Of a stretch of DNA of 64,000 nucleotides, positions 1 through 12,740 are shown piece by piece (the stretch's first letter is position 1; every line of letters begins with the position of its first letter). Source of the stretch: Callorhinchus milii (lineage: Eukaryota); contig NW_024704743.1 in assembly GCF_018977255.1 (NCBI RefSeq), forward strand, positions 85,624,001 through 85,688,000, given 5' to 3'. Under the pieces are notes generated by a model. It searched no databases, was not told the origin of the DNA, and saw only the letters and a program-made list of their open reading frames with translations. A program made the position numbers and the translations under genes.

Positions 1-1790
1 TTGACTTCCATCAACCCTCAACTATCCTTTGAGAGAGATGAACAGTTTGTTTATCTTTGTCTCTATTAGTATTTCATTAATATTCTATGCCAACAAAATG
101 AAATACTAATAGAGACGAGCTGTTCCATTAGAATAGCTTATCTCTATAAGTATTTTGTTTTGTTGGTATGGAAATCTGCAGAGTTTGAACCTTCCTGGTG
201 GGAAGCTGACCTTGTTCTCAGACTCAGATTTTCATGGTTTCTGCAGGTACTTGACATAGTCTCCAATAAGGCCTGCTCAGACAACTGACATTGATTGTCT
301 CTAAAACTGATCACTCAGGATCCTGTGAAACGAGAATTTGTCAATTCTTTGACAAATTTGTAAAGCTAAACTGACCTTTGTGAATTCCAAATGCCAAATT
401 CCTATGGCATGGAACTCAAAAAGTGTATCTTGCTCAGGATAAATTTAGTATCTTCCTCACGTCTTGCATGGACGACTTCTATTGTAACCTCTGCCCTCAC
501 TGATTGAGTAATTTATTTTAAAATCAAAAACAACAACAAATTACATTTGTATAGCACCTTTCCCGTCGGGAGGACGTCCAAAGGTGCTGAAGACAGAGTC
601 CTCAAGGAATAAAAATATGGGGATTCTTTAAATGCCAGTGCCTTCTCATAATGCACGTTGAGAGGATGTTTGTTTCATGGTGGCTAAGATTCAGATTGTG
701 GTTCAGATTCAATTTGTGTTTCAGACAGACAACAACAACAACAGCAAATTACATTTGAAAGCGCCTTTCATACTGGGAGGATGCCCCAAGGCGCAGGTCC
801 CGAACTGGGCTTGGGTTCATGAAGGGAGAGTAATTAATTAATTAAACATTCTCTAATTACAAATATTTGACTTGATCGATCAAAGACTGCCTCTTTGTAG
901 GCGCAGGGACTTCTGATACTGATTTCTTTACTCATTCTGATTGCATATCGCTATCCTATAAAATACGTTTGTGTGAAAGATGTCCTTCAATGATAAGGCT
1001 TTTTTGCTGATCTGTTAAGAGGATATGCTGGAATGTTAAAATAAACCTCAGCAGATTCTTAATATTCCTTGCATTTGATATAGTGCCTATAATGTTGAAA
1101 TGTCTCAAAGCTCTTTGTAAGTAATTGCTGGCAAGTGTATATTTTGCAGGCAAATGAGAAAGGCAATTTGCACACAGAAGCTCCCATAAATGGACATGAT
1201 GTGAATAGTCAATTTATCTGGGGAATTGTTGTTCAGGAGAGAAGCTACAGCCGGATTGTGCCTGAATTTGGCTTTTCACCCACTCCACGTATACGTATTG
1301 ATAGCGCCTTTGGACCTAAGATTCCAATCTCTCAATGTTCTGTTTTATTTTTGCTCTGTGTAACTTTTTTGGCTTCATCAAATTTCATTTCACTTGTTTG
1401 TGGGATATTGCTAGTAGGTTTTAAGGCAGGATTTAAAGTCATATAGAAAGGGTGAAATAGTATGCAATATTATTTATTTAGAGATCATCCTCATATCTTA
1501 TGATGGTGCTTTTAAATAGTTTCCATCTGCCTTGTGATTTGGGCAGATGCAAAGGGACTGCCCTGCTGTTATTTCAAAGAAATGTTTTTCTCATGGTTAT
1601 CCTGGATCATATTCTCCTCCAAATATAAATTACCTCCATATTCAAACCAATTGGCTGCTCATAATTAAACAATAATCATTGGATTTGATGTAATGCTTTT
1701 CATGTTGGAAGGACATCTCAAAGTGCTTAATAAGATTTACTGTAAAGCGCAGTGACTATTTTGTAGGCTAATGTGGCAGCCAATTCGCAA

Positions 1791-2268
1791 TGGGGCTGGG
1801 GAGGGTGGAGGCAGCGAGATTGGCCGAAGGCGTGGTCGAAGAGGAGGGTTTTGAGACGCACCTTGAAGGAGGCAAGGAAGAGAGAGAGGCGAAGGGATTG
1901 TGGGATGGAGTTCCAAAGGATGGGGGCAGAAAGACTGAAGGCCCCACCGCCGATGGTGGGCTGGGTTGGGCAGGGGACATGGAGCAGGCCACAGCCTGCT
2001 GAGCGGAGGGAGCGGACAGGTCGATATGGGATCAGCAGGTCACAGAGGTAGGAAAGAGCAAGGTTGTTGAAGGCCTTGAGGTGAGGACGAAGATTTTGAA
2101 CTCTATCCCCTGGGGATGGGGAGCCAGTGGAGCCGGGCGAGGGTGGGAATGATGGGCTCACGGAGCCTGGTGCGGGAGAGAACTCGAGCTGCAGAGTTCT
2201 GGATGATCTGCAGCTTGTGGAGGGAAGGCCGACAAGCAGGGAGTTGGTGTAGTCGAGCCTAGATGTGA
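1791..2268 (-). mobile_element. L2-clade LINE, 3' ORF2 fragment
   Basis: Minus strand encodes the L2 ORF2 C-terminus (LLIPYRPVRSLRSAG...GGGAFSLSAPILWNSIP...FKVRLKTLLFDHAF). Confidence 0.85.
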
Positions 2269-2427
2269 TAACAACAACAACAAATTACATTTATATAGCA
2301 CCTTTCACATTGGGATGTCATCTCTCTCAATAAATTCATCTCCTGATAATAAAACTCTAACCTGCCCAATCTTTCTTTGTAGTTGTATCTACGTGTTCCT
2401 GGTAACATCCCAGTAACTCGATGCTGC

Positions 2428-2700
2428 ACAATAACAACAGCAAAAAATTACATTTGTATAGCGCTTTTCACAACAGGAGGTGCTGGACAGTCAGGGTGAT
2501 TGGGATCAGGAAGGATGAATGGCGGGGAGGTAGGGATAGAAGGGTGACCGAAGGCACGGTCGAAGAAGACGGCCTTGAGACAAATTTTAAACGTGGCAAG
2601 GGAGGGGGCGAGGTGGAGTTGGGATGGAGTTCCAGAGGATGGGGGCAGAGAGGCTGAAGACCCGCCTGCCAATGGTGGGGCAGGCAAGGCAGGGAACGGT
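2428..2700 (-). mobile_element. L2 LINE 3' end fragment with (TTG)n tail
   Basis: FKICLKAVFFDRAFG motif, then the agcgctatacaaatg tail and the ttgctgttattgt repeat. Confidence 0.75.
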
Positions 2701-5700
2701 GGCAGATTTTTGCAGTGCAGAGTAGTGCAAACGACACATCTAACCTACTATTCTTCCATCTTAAGTATACCACCTCAAATTTTGCAATAGACCAGAAATG
2801 TTGTCATTCACAGTGGTGCTTGGAATCGTAAGATCCCTTATTATTTCACCAGTATGTCATGGGGAGAAGGTTTAGAATCAAATGCTTCTTTGAGTTTTTA
2901 ACAGTGGCCACCAACACTGTCCTCTCTAATACTGGAAGAAAGTGAAACTAGGTTCACAAGAGAGCAAATGATAAAGATATTGAGCTTTTGGAGTCTAGAT
3001 TAACTTGTACAATATAATTGTGTTGTGTAGCATTTATCAGTACAAAATTGTGTCCAGTGGTGTTTATCATTATTGAGACTAAATTGTCTTGTGATTGAAT
3101 TTGAGATAAATAATATTTATGTTCCTCTGGTTTTGTGCATCAGTATTTCTTTTCTGAAACATTCGGAGATATGTAGGGAGTACGCATACTTCCACATCAA
3201 GTACAGGACAGGATTATTGTTTGCCTGGGTCATGATTCAGCTGTGAAGTCCGAACATATATGCATAACCGCAGTTGCGATCTGGAGGAATAGAATCTTCT
3301 TCCAGGATCATCTGAATGAAAACTATTGAACAGAATCAAATCTGAATTGACATTTGAATATTTTGCAGTATAGAAACTTACAAAGCACAAAGAATTTACT
3401 ATATTGAGCAGAATATTTAGTTTGCAGAGTTTGCTGCTTTGATTACATAAGGATTTGCTTTGAATCACGGGGTCTTACATAAGGCCATAAACTGCTCCAA
3501 CAAAAATTGACTAGTTTGGTTGTCATCTGATCCCCTTGTTAAATTAATACCTTGCAATCCACTTCCACCTATTCAGTATTTTATGCATTTCACACATTTT
3601 TTTTAAAAAAAGCCTGTGCTGTTTTGATGCATTTCTGCAGATGATGCAAAACTTCATAAAATATCAGGCATTTTCAGAAAGTGAATTACCTAGAAATGGA
3701 TAGCTTGGTTTACTGTGTAAAAAGGCCAGATAAGACTAAACTGATATGCTGTCAAGGCACTTTTGATCCATTTGGTGAAGACAGCTCAGATATTTGTTCA
3801 TCTTCTTGAGGTGTATTAGATGTTTAATGTTTCCTTTCTGGCAAACCCGGCAACTTTTCAGGCTTACTGGTAAATTGCATTGTGTCATAACATTATTATT
3901 GTGGATTGTAATAGTCTCAGAGGATATATTTAACTTTGAGCATAGTTAGCTTTTTCACAAAGTAAAAATTGGACTGACAATAAATTTTGCAAAGTTTTTC
4001 ATGTGATTTAACCACCATTAAGTGAAGAATCTAATGTAAAAAAAGTTCAGCAAAGTACTTGTGTAGAGACAAAATAAATAATGAAAATTGATTATTCTAT
4101 TGGTGGACAAAGATGTGGCAGCAAAGTTGGTGTTACTTTTTACCTTAATTAATTTTAAAATTAAGAGTTAATGTATTCTGCAATTTTATCTGCAAAAAAT
4201 GAGATGTGTTTGAGACACAAATACACTTATGTGAAATGAGAGACATGGTAATCAGATATCGTTAGTCATTCTTCTCCTCTCCACTCACCATCACGCAATT
4301 TTATCTATGTTGATTTTTAATTCCTTCTGAGTCCTCTTTAATAGATATCACTTTGAAATGTACAATTATGTAGCAGTTTTTAATATATTAAATACTTGCT
4401 AGCAAGTATATTATATATTAAAAACCGCCACATAAGCAACCCAACTTCCCCCTCTCTCATACGTACCCTCTCCAACTCTCCACTCACACCACTCTCCACA
4501 ACCATCTCTCCTGTACACCCGAAAATCCTCTCCGCATCACTCTCTCCTCCCTCTTCTCCCTCCAGCAAACCCACCTGCATTTCCCTCCAAAACGTCCGTT
4601 CCCTCTCAAATAAAGCCCTCACCATCCACGACCTCATTCTGGACGAGCACCTTGACATTCTTGGGCTCACCGAAACCTGGCTCTCCCCCAATGACCTTGT
4701 TCCCCGAGTGGAAGCCTCCCCTCCATGTTACACCTCCCACCACACCCCTCGCCCAAACTAACGTGGCGGAAGGGTGGCCTTCATTTCCAAAGCCTCCCTT
4801 GGTCTTACTCCCTCCTCCTCTGGCTGCTTCTCTTCCTTCGAGCACCTCACCCTCTTCCACCCCTCTCTCCCATTGAAAATCCTCCTTGTCTACCACCCCC
4901 CTAAGCCCCCCGGCTCCTTCCAAACAGACATCTCTGCTCTCCTCTCTTCCCTGTCCCTCTGCTCCGAGCGCCTGGTCATAATGGGCAATTTCAACCTCCA
5001 TCTAAAATCCCCTTGTACTATTTCTGCCGACTTCACTGCCCTCCTCTCCTCCCTAAACCTCACTCTTCATATAAATTTACCCACCCACAACCGTGGTTAT
5101 ACCCTTAGGAATGCCCTCAGGCTACCCCCTGAGACCCTCACAAAGACCCCTCGCATCATCAAACATCCTATCCCTCTGGCTTTCCACCCGCGGGGATCCT
5201 GAAGCAGCCGTCCAGCTGCTCCATGATCGCCTCTCCTCCACCTTCAACTCCCTCGTCCCCCTGAAATCCAGGACCATCTCCAAACCCACCCGATCCCTTT
5301 GTACAACAACCATCTCCGCCGCCTAAAAACCCAAACCCGGCTGCTCGAACGCAGATGGTGGAAAACTGGCCTACAGTCCACCGCCATCTGTGGCTCGAGC
5401 ATCTCCATAGCTACCGTCGTTCTTTGACACGCGCAAAAACGGCCTTCTACTCCAACATCATCTTGGAGGCTAAACACAACCCTAAAATCCTTTTTTCCAC
5501 CACCCACTACCTCCTCCGTACCCCCCCCTCAGACCTCCTCAATCTTCATATCAAATGCCAAGTGCGAGGAGGTCATGGACTTCTTTTCATCTAAAATTCA
5601 CAACATCCGCCAGGGAGCCTCATCCACCTGCCCCTTGTCACCCACCACCACGCCCTCTCTGTCCCCCTCAAGCCTCCTCATCACCTACTCCTACCACCAC

Positions 5701-6553
5701 CTCAATCCTACATTCCTTCCTCCCCATCTCTTCCTCCTCCCTCTCACCCACCATCACCTCCATGAAACCCACCACCTGCTGCCTCGACCCCCTCGCCACC
5801 AACTTGCTGGTCACCCAACTCTGCCTCCTTTGCCCACTACTGGCTGATGTCATCAACCATTCCCTCTCCTCCGGATCAGTCTTTGCCCCCCCTCAAAACT
5901 GCTGGCATCACTCCCCTCCTCAAAAAACCTTCCCTGGATCCCTCAAACCCCAGCCACTACTACCCCATTTCTAACCTGCCCTTCCTCGCAAAAGTCCTAG
6001 AACGCGTTGTTGCCAATCAACTTCGTGCACACCTCTCCTCCCACTCCCTCTTCGAACCCCTCCAGTCCGGTTTCCACTCTGCCCACAGTACAGAGACTGC
6101 GCTTGTGAAAGTCACAAACGACATCCTCTCTATCTGTGACCAGAGCTCCCTCTGCCTCCTTGTCCTCCTGGACCTCTCTGCCGCGTTCGACACAGTCAAT
6201 CATGCCATCCTCCTCCACCGCCTTTCCTCCGTCATCCACCTCAGTGGGACCGCACTCGCCTGGTTCGAGTCCTACCTCACAAACCGCCAGCAGTACATTT
6301 GCACAAACGGCTTCTCCTCCTGCCTGGTTACCTGCGGGGTCTCCCAAGGATCCATCCTTGGTCCCCTCCTCTTTCTGATCTATATGCTCCCTCATGGGGA
6401 TGTCATCCGCAGACCTGGGGTACATTTCCACATGTACGCGGACGACATCTAACTCTATTTTTCCACTTCTCTTTGCGACCCCCAGTCCCCTGATGTTCTG
6501 TCAGCCTGCCTGGCAGACCTCAGGGGCTGAATGAGCGCAGATTTCCTTCAGCT

Positions 6554-7401
6554 TGTTGGGATTTCCGATCCCGTAGTTCGAAATATGACTCGACAATCTA
6601 AATATGGTGTAGCAAGGTTTATTATGAACAGAGTGAACACAACATGCATTAACAAGTTACTACAATGTCTAACAAATTATACTACCAGTCTTTGATGACA
6701 GTCACACAACGTCATGGAACACCTTCCTTGTGATTCTTAAAGGGACCGCTCCACACTTGTCTCTCTCTCTCTGGAGCCTTCCTGTTCTTCGTCTAACCAT
6801 TCTCACCTAAAGGTGCGATAGTTATACCCTTTCTCCAAGTGTTCTTCCTACAGCCCCTCTACCCACTTCTGATACAGTAACGTACTCAGGTTAATCAATC
6901 ATTTGGCTTGGTGCCATCCTGACTGGGTCTTCTTGAGATCTTTTCTTTGTCCTGTCTTAATAAAATGATTTAATCAGTCTATGCTGTATCGGGTGCTCAT
7001 TATTTTGGTATGTGGGATCGTTAGTACATTCCTTTTAATTGACTAGTTACCCCTTATCAATACTACCAGGATGGTACCAAACTTCTCCATGTTGAACAAC
7101 TTGTTCATTAATTGCTATTCTTGAGGGTTGCCTTCTGTTGCTTGGCAGCCCTGTCAGAATCTAGAGACTTATTGCTAAGGCGAGATCCTGTGTCGACTGG
7201 TACCTTGGACCGTTACCTCTGTGGGCTTGTTGTTATCTACTGGTAGGAGGTGACCCCCTGCCCTTTTCCAAAGCTGTCTTATTATTCTTTCAGAAACAGA
7301 GAAAACCAGATGTGTCCTATCCCATGACTGTCAGTATTTTCTCCATTCTACATTTGTTTGATGTTCATTATTATTAGATTACAACTTCTATAATCTTAAC
7401 A
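6554..7401 (-). mobile_element. Solo LTR, 848 bp (ERV- or Gypsy-type)
   Basis: TGTT...AACA termini and a 4-bp TSD AGCT (6550-6553 and 7402-7405). Removing it restores L2 FLQLNVDK. Minus-strand TATAAC at 6821-6826 and AATAAA at 6618-6623. Confidence 0.88.
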
Positions 7402-7667
7402 AGCTGAACGTTGACAAGATGGAAGCCATACTCTTTGGCTCTTGTCAACGTCTAAAATCTCACAGCTCTCACCTCCTCCACCTACACGACCTCCCCCTAA
7501 AACTCTCTGAACCCGTGCGCAACATAAGCGTCAGGTTCGACCCCCAATTATCCTTCCTGCCCCAGATCCGGTCCCTCACCAGCACCGCCTTCTTCCACCT
7601 CCGATGCATTGCCCATCTCCGCCAATACCTCTCTCCAAAAGCCGCTGAAACCCTAGTCCATGCCTTT

Positions 7668-7986
7668 AATAATAATAATAATCCTTGCATTTGATATAGC
7701 GCTTTTCACGTCAGGAGGACGTCCCAAAGCGCTTCACAGAACACACTGTAAAGTGAATTGACTGTATTTTTTGTGGGCGAACGCGGCAGCCAATTGCGCA
7801 CAGCAATGTCCCACAAACAGTCGTAGATTGAAAATGACCAATTTATTATTGTTTTGGGTTTTGGAGCGAATATTATTAGGCGTGTGGAGTAAGGAAACTT
7901 GCCCAAGGTTTCGCCCTCTGCCTGGAATTGAACTCAGGTCTCTCGCTTGCAAAGCGAGTGCTCTAACCACTGAGTTACAGGACTCC
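7668..7986 (-). mobile_element. Young tRNA-derived SINE, short (internally deleted) subfamily with L2-type tail
   Basis: tRNA-like head GGAGTCCTGTAACTCAGTGGTTAGAGC...GAGTTCAATTCC, then ttgggcaagtttccttactccacacgcct, a Deu-like segment and an (ATT)n tail. Nearly identical to 60627-60939. Confidence 0.92.
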
Positions 7987-8668
7987 ACTTCTCTCCAAAA
8001 GCACCCGAAAGCCTGGTCCATGACTTTGCCACCTCTCGGCTGGACTACTCTAACGCCCTCCTCGCCGGTCTCCCATCCACTGCCATCCATAAAATCCAGA
8101 TCATTCAAAACTCTGCCGCCCGCATTCTCACCCACACCAAACTCCGCTCCCCGATCACCCCAGTCCTTGCCAGGCTGCACTGGCTGCCTGTCCCAGAGAG
8201 GATCAACTTCAAGATCCTCACCCTTGTATTCAAATCCTTCCACCTCTCTGACCTCCTCTCTCCTCAAAACAGTACCCGTTGCCTTTGTTCCTCTGGGTAT
8301 GGCCTCCTCCGAGTCCTCCGCTCCACCCTTGGCGGCCGTGCCTTCAGCCACTATGCCCCGAAGCTCTGGAATTCCCTTCCTCACTCCCTTCACCTCACTC
8401 CCTCTCTTCCAATTTTCAGGTCCCTGCTGAAGACCTTTCTTTTCGACCGCGCCTTTGGTCACCTTCCTCCCCATCCCCCTGGCTCCCGGGATCCGTTACT
8501 GTGAAGCGCTCTGAGACACCGTCCGGCGTGGAGGGCGCTATATAAATCCAGTTGTTGTTGTTGTGTTGTAACATTTAACAATTCTGTCATGAATTGTACA
8601 AAAAGAACCTGCAATGTTTTCTCTTCAGTGCATCTTAACTGTTCTAACTCTGGGTTTTACATTTATAG

Positions 8669-8873
8669 AGCCATTATATTATTGGCAGCAAACTGAAGAA
8701 GATCTGACTGTAACAATGCAACTCCCAGTGGATACCACAAAAGAGAATGTAGATTTTCAGTTATCATCAGTTCACATGAAAGTTGGAGTGAAAGGCCAAG
8801 CCAATTCCATGGAGGGTCAGTTGTACTCCTCAGTTGAACATGATGCCAGCACTTGGATAATAAAGGACAACAG
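8669..8873 (+). CDS. NUDCD1: NudC domain-containing protein 1, internal coding exon (CS/p23-like domain); upstream exons lie outside the window
   Basis: Acceptor ttttacatttatag|AG. Translates (E)PLYYWQQTEEDLTVTMQLPVDTTKENVDFQLSSVHMKVGVKGQANSMEGQLYSSVEHDASTWIIKDN(S), which matches vertebrate NUDCD1 EPLYYWQQTEDDLTV...STWIIK as I recall it. Donor is AG|gcaagt. Confidence 0.95.
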
Positions 8874-9380
8874 GCAAGTTTTTTTTATTAAAAATTTCTA
8901 GGCAGTGAACTTAATCTGGAAGTGGATGTGTCCTGATTAGGTCATCGAATTACACAGCTTGGATTTAACATTTTAGTAATTAGAATCAAAGTACAAATAT
9001 CTGATTGAATATTTAGAATATTAGTGTGGCCTCTGGAGCAAAGAGTTTTCCTTTGGAGTTTGTTCTCTTTATTCTCCACTAGTTATTTTACTTAATATGT
9101 TTCTATCTACTTCAAATATGACTTAGCCATTTAACATGGTTGCTATCTTGTTTCATTCTCCTATCTATTTATGTAAACAACCGTTAACACCTATCCCTGT
9201 CCCATATGCCGCAGTGATGTCTGATGCCTTTTCACTCCTGTTGTAAATCACATTAGCCCTATTCAGTTATCACCAAAATATTTATTATCCTTGTATTTGA
9301 TTATAGTGACTTATCACGATGAATGCTTCAATATGCTTCACAGAGTTTTCTGTAAAGTGTTGACATTGTATTGTAGGCGA

Positions 9381-9690
9381 ATAATAATAATAATAATCCT
9401 TGCATTTGATATAGCGCTTTTCATGTCTTCTAGACGTCCCAAAACGCTTCACAGAATATACTGTAAAGTGAATTGACTGTATATTTGTGGGCGAACGCGG
9501 CAGCCAATTGCGCACAGCAATGTCCCACAAACAGTCATGGATTGAAAATGACCAATTTGTTATTTTTTTTGGGAGGGATTATTATTAGGCGTGTGGAGTA
9601 AGGAAACTTGCCCAAGGTTTCGCCCTGCCTGGAATTGAACTCAGGACTCTCACTTGCAAAGCGAGTGCTCTAACCATTGAGCTACAGGAC
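9381..9690 (-). mobile_element. Same SINE family, short subfamily, abutting an older SINE tail (about 9281-9380)
   Basis: Aligns over its full length to the 7668-7986 copy. Confidence 0.9.
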
Positions 9691-9929
9691 CACAGCTACA
9701 GAATGCTGCAGCCAATTTGTGTAGAGGGAAGAAAGGACCGAGTACTTAGAACAAACTCTTTTGGGGCTGAGCTGGCTTGAGAATCAGTACTTAGAGAGCT
9801 TACTTGGCAACCACAGTACTCCAGTACTCTCCAGAAGTAGGGAAGAGTGCATCTCTCCAGGGATAGAGTGTGCATTACATTCTGGATATGGAAATTTCCA
9901 TGTGTAGATTGTATGCATACATGGAACTC

Positions 9930-11080
9930 TGTTAGGGGGTTAGGAGGTCGCAGAGGTAGGGTGGGGCGAGGCCATGGAGGGCTTTGTATGTGAGGACCAG
10001 GATCTTGAACTGGATCCTCTAAAGGATAGGGAACCAATGGAGTCGGGCGAGAGTGGGGGAGATGGAGTCATGGAGTTTGGTGCGGGAGAGGACAAGAGCT
10101 GCAGAGTTCTGGATTATCTGCAGCCCGTGGAGGGAGGAGTTGGGAAGACCGACAAGCAGGGCGTTTGCATAGTCGAGCCTGGAGATGATGAAGGCATGAA
10201 CAAGAGTTTCAGTGGCCTGAGGGGTGAGGTAGTGGCGGAGTCGAGCGATCTTACGAGGTGAGGGAAGGCAGAGCGGGTCATGACTTGAATGTGGGGGAGA
10301 AAAGGCAGTTGAGGGTCGAACAAGATACCTAGGTTCCTGACTAGCTTGGTGAGTTGAAGTGTGCAACCATGGAGGTTGATGCTGCCTGAGCCTGAGGTGC
10401 AGAGGCGCTGGCGCGAGCCAATCAGGAGGGCCTCAGTCTTGGGATGTCCTCCCGACGTGAAAGGCGCTCTATAAGTGGAATCTTGTTGTTGTTGTTGTTC
10501 ACATTCAACTGTAGGAAATTTGCCCTCATCCAGGACTTGATGTCCGACAGTCAGTCTGTCAGGACAGCAGTGTTCCTGGAGTTGAGGGTGAGGCAGAAAG
10601 ATAGAGTTGGGTGTCATCCGCATACATGTGGAAGTTGACCCCATGTCTGCGGATGATGTCACCAAAGGGGGAGCATATAGATATTAAAGAGGAGAGGGCC
10701 AAGGACAGAGCACTGGGGGACGCCAGACATGACAGTGTGGAGGAGAAACCATTAGAGGCAACAAAGTGGAGACGGTGAGAGAGATAGGAATCGAACCAGG
10801 CAAGGCCAGATCCGTGAAGATTGAGCAAAGCGGAGAGGTGGCATATAAGGATAGAGTGGTCGACAGTGTCGAAGGTGGCAGAGAGGTCGAGGAGGACAAG
10901 GAGGCAGAGGGAGCCCTGATCACAGATGTTCAGAATGTCATTGGGTACTTTGACCAGGACTGTTTCTGTGCTATGGGCAACGCGGAAGCCGGATTGGAGC
11001 GGTTCAAAGAGGGAATGGCGAGAAAGAAAGGAGTGGAGCTGGGACGTGACGACTCGTTCCAGGACCTTGGAGAGGTCCTG
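9930..11080 (-). mobile_element. L2 LINE RT fragment containing an opposite-strand L2 tail of about 60 bp (10438-10499)
   Basis: Motifs [21 protein letters not shown] and HAFIISRLDYANALL...LHWFP. Confidence 0.9.
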
Positions 11081-12284
11081 GAAAAATTGCTTTCAGCATG
11101 AGGGAGAAATTTCTTTATCTTCATTTACTGGAGCCACTATTTTTAAACTTTGAAGTCCTGGAATTTGCAGTTTGTTGTTCTGCACATGTGCTCATGACCC
11201 CTTTTCCGTTGCAGTGTGCCTATGACAGGAAGCGCTGTCATGGGCAGATATCTTGTGTAAAAGCAGTACATGAGCCATACTCATGCTAATCGGTTACTCT
11301 GACTAGATTCAATTCATCGCAAAACATTTTATTTCATCAAGTCTCGGTAGATCTTTAATTCAATCAAAGCTTCTGAACATGCTAAATAATAAATCGACTG
11401 CAACAATTCTGCCGAACAACAAAACTTCAGACTAATCAGATGAAGTAATTCATTGAAATGGATTAAATGAATTTGAGATTCTGCACATCCATTTATCTAT
11501 GTGTCCTTCATTAGCTCTTTAGAGCTAAGGGATGTCCTGTCAGCTATCCTAATATGCTTATTAAATTTAATTGAAGTAAAGGATGTGCTCAATGTGTAAT
11601 ACTTTGAAATATTATAAAGGCTTAACCTTGTCTGTCGGCATCCAATTTGTCAGTCCCCTGAGGTCTGTTGGTTTGGTTCCTATATATTTTCCTGCAGCTA
11701 GGGAATGTACAACTGGTGTTTGTTTCTCAAAGAAACCTGCTTGTTGTTTGTTCCTCATCTCCAGTTATTGCGCCAAGTGCTCACTCCTATTTGAATCTGA
11801 CAGTCTGGTTCAGCAGGGAAATCTTTTGTTGTGACCAAATCCTCTGGTGGACATTCAGTACATTCTGCTTCTATTGAAAATCATGCCTTCTGGTTCTCAT
11901 CTGGATACTGCTTTATTGTCCCAGCAGTTATTTGAGTGGAGTATGCAGTCAGGGAAGCCCAAACCATCAAAAAAACTTGAGCTTGTCTTATAGTTCCCTT
12001 TATAGTTCCCCCTCACTTTGCCCCTGCTTCCTTATCCCTGCTTTTGCGCCCTCTCCCCTCTCCCTTCTTTCCTGCCGATCTGGCTCCAAGGTGCCATGGT
12101 TGACAGTGCAGTTTCTGAGACAGGCGGGTCTACGGTACTCCAGGGCACTGCTGATGAAAGCACAGCCAGCCTGGCTCATCAGTTGGACCTGGGTGGGGGT
12201 GAGGGGCGCGGGAGGTGACCCGTCATTGGGGTAAGGATTTGTCGTGCTCAGCTTTTATTAAGCCTGTAAGCCAGTGCCCTAAAG

Positions 12285-12740
12285 CAGCATGGATCAACAG
12301 GCGGCATGCAACCATTCCCACCATTCCAACTTACATTCTCTGGTGAACGTTCTTCCAGGGCTGCAGCAGGAGCCGGCGGTTGGGAAGACAGTGCGCAGAG
12401 CCTTTTCTGCAGTCTGTCAGAAAGGCAAGCACGTCTCTTACCAACCATGTCCTCAGCAACCAACTGCCAGTTCCTGCTGCTGCAGATAGGAGAGAGATTG
12501 GGAGAGAGATTGGGAGAGAGAGGGGGCAAAGAGAGGAGAGAGAGAGTGGGGGGCAGAGAACAGGGCAAAGAGAGGGCAGCAGAGATAGGGGGGGGAGAAC
12601 GTTCACCAGGGAGGGTCGAGTTGGAATGTTGGAAATGGTCTCGGATGTGGCTCGCAGGCCGCCAACTGGCCCACGCTGGATGTGGACCTTTCTCAAATAG
12701 GGAATGTGACCCGCAGTAGCCAAAAGGTTGGACCACACTG
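12285..12740. mobile_element. Non-autonomous hAT (Charlie/MER30-like) DNA transposon, 456 bp
   Basis: TIRs CAGCATGGATCAAC and CAGTGTGGTCCAAC (10/14 match). 8-bp TSD ccctaaag (12277-12284) and ccctaaat (12741-12748). Subterminal inverted repeat at about 12320-12353 and 12596-12630. Confidence 0.75.

Larger units (their letters stand above)
4424..8565 (+). mobile_element. Near-complete but degenerate L2 LINE ORF2 (APE endonuclease plus RT) with 3' tail; interrupted by a solo LTR and a SINE
   Basis: APE motifs QNVRSLSNK, LTETWL and MGNFN. RT motifs YYPISNLPFLAKVLERVV, QSGF, LLDLSAAFDTVNH, GVSQGSILGP and YADD. Many stops and frameshifts. Tail gtgaagcgctctgagac...gcgctatataaatccagttgttgttg. Confidence 0.95.

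Noticed and set aside
4380..6431. Antisense Glu/Gly/Arg-rich ORFs over L2 elements (also 7734-8474 and 51253-51540)
   Set aside because: These are shadow ORFs of the strand-biased L2 sequence.
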